Origin: Bacteriovoracaceae bacterium | GTDB lineage: Bacteria > Bdellovibrionota > Bacteriovoracia > Bacteriovoracales > Bacteriovoracaceae | Direction: 5' to 3' | DNA: 16,766 bases | NCBI GenBank assembly: GCA_049599895.1 | Contig: JBMYPC010000063.1 | Coordinates: forward strand, 1 to 16,766 | Part shown: positions 1 through 7,602 of the stretch, piece by piece | Layout: each line of letters begins with the position of its first letter | How positions within the stretch are numbered: position 1 is the first letter of the stretch | Position numbers and translations under genes: made by a program | The notes under the pieces: model-generated | Databases searched by the model: none | What the model saw: the letters and a program-made list of their open reading frames with translations, nothing else | What the model was told of the DNA's origin: nothing

Positions 1-822
1 TACGACAGTCTCTCCACTCGGATGCTTGATTTTAAATTCTGTTTGAAGGCCATCTGATTTTATTGAATGAGCATAAAAATCAACCGAAAGGCCCTCTTCG
101 ATATCACTTTCAACTCCATATGAGGTATAAACTCTTCTTAAGCATTTTGAGACTTTTAAAACTCGAGTGTCCCCAAGATTTAAGATCACTCTCCCAAAGA
201 AAGGAACATTGTTCATAAACTTTAAGAACGCTTCATCAACTTTTTCTTCCGTCTCGTAATAATCAAGATGGTCATTGTCGATATTGTTGACAATAGAATA
301 AACCGGATTGAATTTTAAAAATGTTCCATCAGATTCATCTGCCTCAATGACAAAAAAGTCTCCCTTACCTCTAGTGGCATTACTTTTTAGACGATGGACA
401 ATACCACCGATAAGACATGTCGGGTCCATTTTGCATTCAATGAGTATTGTGGAAAGAAGGCTCGTTGTTGTAGTTTTTCCGTGAGTTCCCGCAACAGCAA
501 TCCCCTTATTAAGTTTCATTAGATCCGCGACGACTTCAGATCTTCGAAGAACTGGAATTGATCTTTGTCTCGCTGTTTGAACTTCAATGTTATCTTCTGG
601 AATAGCTGTGCTTCTCACACAATAATCGACGTCTTCAATATTAGAGGCTTCGTGACCTATAAAAATCTTTGCGCCCATCTCTTGAAGCCTTCTGGTGTTT
701 CCAGATTCAGACATGTCTGAGCCGCTCACCTGATGGCCATCACGAATTAAAATCTCTGCGATTCCAGACATTCCAATCCCGCCAATTCCAAGGATATGGA
801 CCTTTTGCGTTTTAATTTTCAT
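1..822 (-). CDS. murC: UDP-N-acetylmuramate--L-alanine ligase (5' part; 3' end beyond window)
   Basis: Not in the ORF track. Hand translation from ATG at 822: MKIKTQKVHILGIGGIGMSGIAEIL...VSGSD...AVAGTHGKTTTTS...EADESDGTF...TNIDNDHLDYY, all MurC signatures; dcw context. Confidence 0.97.
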   Translation of the reverse strand, partial: MKIKTQKVHILGIGGIGMSGIAEILIRDGHQVSGSDMSESGNTRRLQEMGAKIFIGHEASNIEDVDYCVRSTAIPEDNIEVQTARQRSIPVLRRSEVVADLMKLNKGIAVAGTHGKTTTTSLLSTILIECKMDPTCLIGGIVHRLKSNATRGKGDFFVIEADESDGTFLKFNPVYSIVNNIDNDHLDYYETEEKVDEAFLKFMNNVPFFGRVILNLGDTRVLKVSKCLRRVYTSYGVESDIEEGLSVDFYAHSIKSDGLQTEFKIKHPSGETVV

Positions 823-835
823 CTAATTTTTATAT

Positions 836-1966
836 TTAATGATCTGCGTGTCTGTCAAAAAACTCTTTTCGTGAGCAAAGTGAAAAAAGTATCCCAATCC
901 CAAAGAAATTGGCGATTAATGAACTTCCTCCATAGCTTATGAAAGGAAGATTGAGCCCTTTTGTCGGCAATAGCGAAAGAACAACGCCCATGTTCAAAAA
1001 TGCTTGAAGCGAGATCACAAAAACAATCCCAGCGATGATCTTCGAGCGGTAGTCATTGTGAAGAGTTCGAGAGAGCTTAAAGCCATGATACATAAAGGCA
1101 AAGAAAAGAAGTGTGGTGATAACGACACCGATAAAGCCAGCTTCTTCTCCGATAATAGAGAAAATGAAGTCATTATGGGCTTCAGGAAGATAGTGAAGTT
1201 TTCCAAGGCTATTTCCAAGACCCTGACCAAGGAATGAGCCATTCGCGACCGCCATAAGTGACTGAGTAATTTGAAAACCTGAATCTGTCGGGTCTTTCCA
1301 AGGATCAAGAAAGATCAGCAACCTTTTAATCCTATAGGGTTGTGAAATGGCCATAAGGGCCAATGTTGTAACTGAAACTAAAGAAATACCAATAAAATAC
1401 TTTCTAGGGAATGAACTGATAAAGCAGACAAAACCTACGAGAATAATATAAATCGCAAAGGTTCCAAAATCTGGTTGGAGCGCAAGAAGCAATGTTGGAA
1501 ACAGAAGGACCCCAAGGCGTTTAAGATTCTCTTTCGGCGTTCTGTAGCTAAACTCCTCAAAAAAGATAAGGGCAAAAGGAATTACTGAGAATTTAAGAAA
1601 CTCAGCGGGCTGAAAAGAGATAAAGCCAAGATCAATCCATCTCCTGGCCCCATTTCGAACAACGCCAAGCCCTGGCATAAAGCTCATCATGGTCACAAAA
1701 ATAAAAAAACTATGAACAGGCCCAGAAAACTTAGTCCAAAATGAAGGCTTCACTTTCTCACAGACAAAAGCCAGTCCTACAGAAAGAAGAAAGAACATCA
1801 CCTGTTTAGAAAAAAAGTAAAGCGAATCTCCCGCGTGGCCCTTTGAGAACTGATAACTCGCAGAAAGAACCATCACGATGCCCACAAGACAAAGAACAAC
1901 TAAAAACACCAAGAGAACTTTCTTCTCCCGTAAAACCTCTTCAAACTGATTCGTCACATTATGCAT
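836..1966 (-). CDS. ftsW: SEDS peptidoglycan glycosyltransferase FtsW
   Basis: Multi-pass membrane protein with NGARRW, FQPAEFLK, QPDFGT, LPEAHNDFIF, PTKGLNLPFISYGGSS; dcw position after murD. Confidence 0.95.
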   Translation of the reverse strand: MHNVTNQFEEVLREKKVLLVFLVVLCLVGIVMVLSASYQFSKGHAGDSLYFFSKQVMFFLLSVGLAFVCEKVKPSFWTKFSGPVHSFFIFVTMMSFMPGLGVVRNGARRWIDLGFISFQPAEFLKFSVIPFALIFFEEFSYRTPKENLKRLGVLLFPTLLLALQPDFGTFAIYIILVGFVCFISSFPRKYFIGISLVSVTTLALMAISQPYRIKRLLIFLDPWKDPTDSGFQITQSLMAVANGSFLGQGLGNSLGKLHYLPEAHNDFIFSIIGEEAGFIGVVITTLLFFAFMYHGFKLSRTLHNDYRSKIIAGIVFVISLQAFLNMGVVLSLLPTKGLNLPFISYGGSSLIANFFGIGILFSLCSRKEFFDRHADH

Positions 1967-1989
1967 AAATCAATTTTATCAGACATCTC

Positions 1990-2013
1990 AAAAAGTGCCA
2001 GGTACTTTTTAGA
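1990..2013. repeat. REP-like palindrome, copy in opposite orientation to the two copies at 2171-2237
   Basis: AAAAAGTGCCAGGTACTTTTTAGA is the exact reverse complement of 2171-2194 and 2211-2234. Flanks extend the hairpin imperfectly (GACATCTC ... GAGAATGTC, 1982-2020). Confidence 0.85.
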
Positions 2014-2157
2014 GAATGTCAGAAATCGAAGACGTTTTTATTTATGACATAGGCGCGGCTGAACTCAATACGCCTCATTGAAGGCAACTCTGTCTCTTTC
2101 ATTCATAATTTGCCCTCTGAACAATGAGAAATTTCAGAATTGAAACAATTATCTTCT

Positions 2158-2237
2158 AAAACTTACAAAGTCTAAAAAGTACCTGGCACTTTTTAGAAAA
2201 ACTTACAAAGTCTAAAAAGTACCTGGCACTTTTTAGA
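2158..2237. repeat. Exact 2 x 40-bp tandem repeat; each unit holds a 27-bp palindrome (REP-like, possible terminator or mRNA-stabilising hairpin)
   Basis: AAAACTTACAAAGTCTAAAAAGTACCTGGCACTTTTTAGA at 2158-2197 and 2198-2237. TCTAAAAAGT/ACTTTTTAGA are perfect 10-bp arms around ACCTGGC. The second copy contains the murD stop codon (2233-2235). Confidence 0.92.
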
Positions 2238-3615
2238 GCTGATAAACAAGTTTTTTGAAGTAGTTTCCGCGTTCTTCGTAGTCTCTGAAGAAATCCGTTG
2301 CAGGGTTTCCAGGAGAAAGAAGGATCGTGTCGCCGGTTCTTGATTTTTGGTAAGCAAAGAGAACTGACTCTTCGAATGATCCAACAATGAATGTTTGAAC
2401 GTTTTCACCGATTGCACGGTTGAGTCTTTCTTTACACTCACCAACCAGAACTATGATTCTCACGCGTCCGTCAAATTCATTGGCGAATTCTTCGTACTCG
2501 ATTTCTTCGATGTCTTTTCCACCAGCGATCAGAATCACAGGGGTTTTAAAGGCATCAAGACTTTTAAGCATTTCGCGCATTTGAATTGATTTACTATCGT
2601 TATAAAAAGAAACCCCGTTTTTCTCCATTAAGAACTCAAGGCGATTAGGGATTCCTGGGAATTTTTCGATACAAGTTTGAATTGCAGCATCATCAACTTC
2701 TAGAGCTTTTGCCGCCGTAATTGCAGCAAGAAGGTTCTCTCTATTATCCTTTCCAACAATTCTCATAGAGTTCACTTTAAACTCTGAGTGATAATGAATG
2801 TTTGAGTGGATTCTTCTATCGTGAAAATGAGTTCCTTGGATCTCATTCATAACTCCAAGCTTTGCAAAAGACCTTCTTGAATACCAATAAGTCTGGCAAC
2901 CAGCATTTCTAAAGAAAGTATTATTCGCAAGTTGATCAAAGTTCACAATTAATGTGTCATCAGGAGAAAGAGACTTAATGATACTAAGTTTCGTTTCAAT
3001 ATAATCCCCAACTGAAGCAAATTGCTTATCGGGATATGTTTCACTGATATTGGTAAAGACAACAAGCTTTGGATGAAAATCTCTCAGCTTTCGAAGCTGA
3101 AGAGCACTGACTTCAAGAACAACGTAATCAACTTCATCTCTATTTTGCATCATTGCGTATTCAATAAATGGACTATTGCTTGTTCCACCGACAAAAACAT
3201 TTTTTCCAGCAGTTTTTAAACAAAAGCCAATCATGTGAGCAACAGTGGTTCTTCCGTAACTTCCACAAACAGCGATAATCGGCTTACGGCAAAACTTGTT
3301 TGCAAAAGCAAACTCACTATAAACTTCTTTTCCACTTTGTCTTGCAAGTTCAAGTTGAGGAAGATCAGGGTGTACTGAAGGTGAGTAAACAATCACATCA
3401 GCATCAAGGAAGTCCTCATCTCTGTGCTCACCAAAAGTCATTTGTGGAGCCGGGTCAATTTTCTTAAGCTTTTTAACGGCCTTATTAAGATCAAAGATCG
3501 GCTTAATATCTGTTACTCGAATTTCACAATTTAATGTGTTGAAAAAGCGAATAAGAGTAAAACCTGTTTTTCCAATTCCAACAATTAAAACTTTTTTATT
3601 TTGATAACGTTCCAT
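2233..3615 (-). CDS. murD: MurD-family ligase homolog with degenerate active site
   Basis: Full-length (460 aa) MurD architecture (GIGKTG, NDSK, LIAGG, LLSPG...YEERG) between mraY and ftsW; GGAGG RBS at 3626-3630. Many catalytic motifs are altered (see findings). Confidence 0.9.
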   Translation of the reverse strand: MERYQNKKVLIVGIGKTGFTLIRFFNTLNCEIRVTDIKPIFDLNKAVKKLKKIDPAPQMTFGEHRDEDFLDADVIVYSPSVHPDLPQLELARQSGKEVYSEFAFANKFCRKPIIAVCGSYGRTTVAHMIGFCLKTAGKNVFVGGTSNSPFIEYAMMQNRDEVDYVVLEVSALQLRKLRDFHPKLVVFTNISETYPDKQFASVGDYIETKLSIIKSLSPDDTLIVNFDQLANNTFFRNAGCQTYWYSRRSFAKLGVMNEIQGTHFHDRRIHSNIHYHSEFKVNSMRIVGKDNRENLLAAITAAKALEVDDAAIQTCIEKFPGIPNRLEFLMEKNGVSFYNDSKSIQMREMLKSLDAFKTPVILIAGGKDIEEIEYEEFANEFDGRVRIIVLVGECKERLNRAIGENVQTFIVGSFEESVLFAYQKSRTGDTILLSPGNPATDFFRDYEERGNYFKKLVYQL

Positions 3616-3659
3616 TAAATTTTATCCTCCGATCGAATCTTAAAAACACTTGAACTCGA

Positions 3660-4736
3660 CTAACGAATCTTAAGTGTTGCTATTGAAACGATTGCTAAAA
3701 ATATACTTATAATCCAAAACCTTACGATCACTTTGGGCTCAGGCCAACCAAGAAGCTCGAAGTGATGATGAATTGGTGCCATTTTAAAAACACGCTTTTT
3801 TCGAGTCTTGAAAGAAAAAACCTGAATAATAACGGAGAGAGCTTCAAGTACAAAGATCCCTCCAAAAATCATAAAAAGAAATTCGTTTTTACTTATCACA
3901 GCAACGACGCCAAGAAGTCCGCCAAGGGACAGAGAACCAACATCTCCCATAAAGATTTGAGCTGGATAAGAGTTATACCAAAGAAACCCTACTCCCGCCC
4001 CAATAACGGCAGCCGATAAAACAGCAAGCTCCCCCGCTCCTTCAAAATAAGGAATAAAGAGATAATTCGCAATTTCCCTGTGTCCAGAAGCATAGGTAAA
4101 AATAAGAAGAGTTGCGGCTGACGTAATAATTGGGCCAATAGCAAGACCATCAAGTCCATCGGTTAAATTCACGGCATTGCTAGATCCCACAATAACGAAA
4201 CTGGCAAAGACAATATAAAACCAACCAAGATCAATGACAGGTCCTTTATAAAAAGGAACGTAAAGATTGGTATCAATCACATTATGAGAAATAAGAAGAT
4301 ATCCCGCGATCATGGCAGTTGAGAATTGCCAAAGAAGTTTTCCCTTCGCGGAAACCCCATCAGAGTTTTTCTTTAAAACTTTTAGATAGTCATCAAGATA
4401 CCCTAGAGCGAAATAGGAACCCGTTACAAATAAAGTCACTAATAAAGGAGCTGAAAAGAAGTTTCCTGAAAACAAAATTGAAACCGCTAAACTTCCAATG
4501 ATTAAAACTCCCCCCATTGTTGGAGTTCCTGCTTTTTTAAGATGACTTTCTGGCCCATCCCTTCTGATGACTTGACCAAATTGGCGCTTTTGCATGTACT
4601 GAATAAAATATTTTCCAAGCACAATGGAAATGATGGCGCTAATTAAAAAGGCAGCGGCGCTTCGAAAGGTGATATACCTAAAAAGGTTGAAGCTTGGGTA
4701 ACTCTCATAGAGAGGGTATAAAAAGTGGTAAAACAT
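3660..4736 (-). CDS. mraY: Phospho-N-acetylmuramoyl-pentapeptide transferase
   Basis: KAGTPTMGG, LGYLDDYLK, SNAVNLTDGLDGL, FMGDVGS, MAPIHHHFE motifs. Confidence 0.98.
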   Translation of the reverse strand: MFYHFLYPLYESYPSFNLFRYITFRSAAAFLISAIISIVLGKYFIQYMQKRQFGQVIRRDGPESHLKKAGTPTMGGVLIIGSLAVSILFSGNFFSAPLLVTLFVTGSYFALGYLDDYLKVLKKNSDGVSAKGKLLWQFSTAMIAGYLLISHNVIDTNLYVPFYKGPVIDLGWFYIVFASFVIVGSSNAVNLTDGLDGLAIGPIITSAATLLIFTYASGHREIANYLFIPYFEGAGELAVLSAAVIGAGVGFLWYNSYPAQIFMGDVGSLSLGGLLGVVAVISKNEFLFMIFGGIFVLEALSVIIQVFSFKTRKKRVFKMAPIHHHFELLGWPEPKVIVRFWIISIFLAIVSIATLKIR

Positions 4737-4769
4737 CTTCTTCTATCTCAAATTTTATGGAAACCAAGA

Positions 4770-4798
4770 AATATTTCATGAAAGCAAAACGCTGTCAA
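4770..4798 (-). promoter_or_regulatory. Putative internal sigma70 promoter for mraY-murD
   Basis: Minus strand TTGACA (4798-4793), 17 bp, then AATATT (4775-4770) preceded by TGn, inside the 117-bp murF-mraY gap. The -10 match is only partial. Confidence 0.4.
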
Positions 4799-4853
4799 AG
4801 TGAAATTTAAGTGATTTGTCTTTAGTTTCCGCGACATGACGCAGATCAAATGG

Positions 4854-6212
4854 CTATTCTTCTAGGATTTTTTCTAACTGAACCCCGCGACTGCCCTTAA
4901 CAAACAAGCATTCGTCGCCGGATAAATTTAAGTTCAAATACTCTTTTAATGATTCAGCATTATGAAAGACTTTTGCGCGACTTTTATTTTCGTCATTTAG
5001 GCCACTTAGATAATCATTGCTGTGTTGCCCAACAAAAAAGAAGTTTTTTACGGGGACTTTGTTCAGTTCCTCAGTGATATCTTTATGGAGCTTCTCAGCA
5101 TTATCGCCAAGTTCGTACATATCCCCAAGAACGAGAATCGGCTTCGTATTTTTATCAAGCTTTTGAAAAAAACCAGAAAGAGAGGCCTTCATTGAGTCTG
5201 GATTGGCATTATAGGCATCGAGAAAAACTTTATTATTTTTCCAAGTTATCCACTCTCCACGGTTCTTTGTTGTGGGAATGCAAGCATCAAGGTTTTCAAT
5301 AACTCGTGAAAGTTGTTCGGGATAAACACTATAGGAAGCTCCAAGGGCCAGCATCAAGTCCATTAATATAGGATCTGATAATTTTCGAAGTTTAGTCTTA
5401 AACTTTCCCCCAAGGTTCACTTCAAGAGTTTCATCTTCAAGTTGTTTAAAAATGAGATCTCCAGAATTTTTTGAAACACTCAACACTTCTTCACCATCAG
5501 AAATTTTTGCAAGTTTTCCGTCATCTGAGTTTTTAATGAATCGATGTTTTTTATCGGAGTTATTTTTCACAAATCGATAAAGAGCAGTTTTTTCTTCAAA
5601 AACCCCATCTAAGTCTTTTAGTTTCTCAAGATGTGCGTGACCAATATTAGTAATGACACCGATATCAGGTTCACAGATCTGAGAAAGCCTTTCAATTTCA
5701 CCTGGAGCATTGGTCCCCATTTCAATAACGGCAACCTTCGACTCTGGCTTTGTCCGTAACAGAGTAACAGGAACACCGAAATGATTATTAAGATTTCCAA
5801 GCGTTGAATGAACTTTGCCAGGAACGATCACCTCAAAAATATTTTTAAGCATTTCTTTAGTCGTCGTCTTTCCATTAGAACCGGTAAGACCCACAAAAAC
5901 AGTTTCTTCTAAACTTCTTCGATAGGTAGTGGCAGCACTTTGAAGAAAATTTAAGGTATCATCGACGACAATCGTAAACTGAAAACGGCTAGTATCAACA
6001 GTGCAAGAGGAAGAAATAATGACACCTAAACTTTCAGGTTCTTCGATGTTCTCTATAAAATCATGACCATCGAACTTCTCCCCTTTAAGAGGAAGAAAAA
6101 CTTCACCAGGTTTTAAAGATCTTGAATCTGTACAAACATCAAGGCCCTCTAATTCGGAAGGTATCTCAATATTCAAACTCGCTAAAGTTTCTTTTTTAAT
6201 TTGAAAACGCAT
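4854..6212 (-). CDS. murF: UDP-MurNAc-tripeptide--D-Ala-D-Ala ligase
   Basis: TDSR...LKGEKFDGHDF, GLTGSNGKTTTK, NLNNHFGVP, IEMG, DAYNANPDSM, LGDMYELG, VKGSRG. ATG at 6212 preferred over TTG at 6215. Confidence 0.96.
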   Translation of the reverse strand: MRFQIKKETLASLNIEIPSELEGLDVCTDSRSLKPGEVFLPLKGEKFDGHDFIENIEEPESLGVIISSSCTVDTSRFQFTIVVDDTLNFLQSAATTYRRSLEETVFVGLTGSNGKTTTKEMLKNIFEVIVPGKVHSTLGNLNNHFGVPVTLLRTKPESKVAVIEMGTNAPGEIERLSQICEPDIGVITNIGHAHLEKLKDLDGVFEEKTALYRFVKNNSDKKHRFIKNSDDGKLAKISDGEEVLSVSKNSGDLIFKQLEDETLEVNLGGKFKTKLRKLSDPILMDLMLALGASYSVYPEQLSRVIENLDACIPTTKNRGEWITWKNNKVFLDAYNANPDSMKASLSGFFQKLDKNTKPILVLGDMYELGDNAEKLHKDITEELNKVPVKNFFFVGQHSNDYLSGLNDENKSRAKVFHNAESLKEYLNLNLSGDECLFVKGSRGVQLEKILEE

Positions 6213-7602
6213 CAAAGGCCTTCTTTACAACTTCGTGATCACTGAAATCTTTTTTTACGCCATTTATCTCTTGATAATCTTCGTGACCTTTCCCAGCGAT
6301 GACAAGGATAGATGTGTCGTTCAAAGTCTTTACACTTTCTTCAATCGCTTTTCTTCGATCTGGCTCCATTTTAAGATTAGGGTTATCTATCCCTTTGGCA
6401 ATATCATTAATAATAGCACCGGGATCCTCTGTTCTTGGGTTATCTGATGTCACAGTGATCATATCAGAATGAGAACTCGCGATCTCCCCCATTATCTCTC
6501 GCTTCGTTTTGTCCCGATCTCCGCCACATCCAAAAAGTGTATGAATCTTTTTTTCTGGGTACATCAACTTCATTTCTTCTAATAACTTTTGAAGGGCATC
6601 AGGGGTATGGGCGTAATCAATCACAACTTTTAAGTTTTGATGAGTTAATTCCTCTAAGCGACCTTTGGGGGCTTCAATCTTTTGAAGCAAAGTAGAGTCA
6701 TTGGGATCATAGATATTTAGTTCATCTAATAGAGCAAGGCTTAAGGCCATGTTCTTTCTCATAAACCCCACTTTAAAGCGTGGGACAGAATCGAGAACTT
6801 CTTTGTAGGCTTCTTTTTTTACAACATTGAGCTTCTTGAATGACTTTTGATTAATCATTTCTAAAAGACTTTCTTCTGTCTCAAGAACGAAGAGTTTTGC
6901 CTTCTCTTTAAGATAATTACTTATTTTCATTTTCGCATGAAAATAATTTTCAAACGTTTTATGAAAATCTAAGTGATCTTGTGTGAGGTTGGTCCAAATA
7001 GCTCCATCGAGTCTAATATCTAAAAACCTTTTTTGCTCAAGTGCGTGGCTTGTGAGTTCAGTAAAAAAATATTCAAGATTTGAATTTTCATGAAAAATTT
7101 TTCTCATAAAAAGATAACTTGGCGATGAATTATAAACATCTTTTCTAAGCTCAATGTTTCCATTCCAAAGCCCTAGAGTTCCAATTGAAGCAGATTGTTT
7201 ATCACTGGCTGTTGCTATTTGATTAAGAAAATGAACAATCGAACTCTTCCCATTTGTCCCTGTTACACCAATGATCTTCTGCGTCTCATCTCTTTTGTAA
7301 AACTGATTCGCGATTAACGGCAAATACTCCGCTTCCTCAATCTCTTTATCGAGAATCACCACATTATTAAAACTCTTAAGCTTATCTGAGTCCCGATGAG
7401 TAATAATAAGTCTAGGTTCTGTTTTTAATTTCTCGAGATGATGAAATGGCCTATCACTTTGAATCGTTCTTAAATAAAAAGCATCAAGCGCAGTTATCTC
7501 TTGAAAATAATCAACAATACCAGCGAGGTGAGAATCCTTATCTTTGACTCTTACTTCTTTTACATAGGGTGAAATCAGATCAATAAAATCTTTAATTATC
7601 AT
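6196..7602 (-). CDS. murE: UDP-MurNAc-L-Ala-D-Glu--meso-diaminopimelate ligase
   Basis: GVTGTNGKSS, TNLTQDHLDFH, IDYAHTPDAL, FGCGGDRD, TSDNPRTE (DNPR is the meso-DAP type), AGKGHEDYQ. Confidence 0.96.
   Translation of the reverse strand: MIIKDFIDLISPYVKEVRVKDKDSHLAGIVDYFQEITALDAFYLRTIQSDRPFHHLEKLKTEPRLIITHRDSDKLKSFNNVVILDKEIEEAEYLPLIANQFYKRDETQKIIGVTGTNGKSSIVHFLNQIATASDKQSASIGTLGLWNGNIELRKDVYNSSPSYLFMRKIFHENSNLEYFFTELTSHALEQKRFLDIRLDGAIWTNLTQDHLDFHKTFENYFHAKMKISNYLKEKAKLFVLETEESLLEMINQKSFKKLNVVKKEAYKEVLDSVPRFKVGFMRKNMALSLALLDELNIYDPNDSTLLQKIEAPKGRLEELTHQNLKVVIDYAHTPDALQKLLEEMKLMYPEKKIHTLFGCGGDRDKTKREIMGEIASSHSDMITVTSDNPRTEDPGAIINDIAKGIDNPNLKMEPDRRKAIEESVKTLNDTSILVIAGKGHEDYQEINGVKKDFSDHEVVKKAFDAFSN

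Noticed and set aside
2158..2237. CRISPR mini-array
   Set aside because: Only two units, the 13-nt inter-palindrome segments are identical and too short to be spacers, and no cas genes are present.
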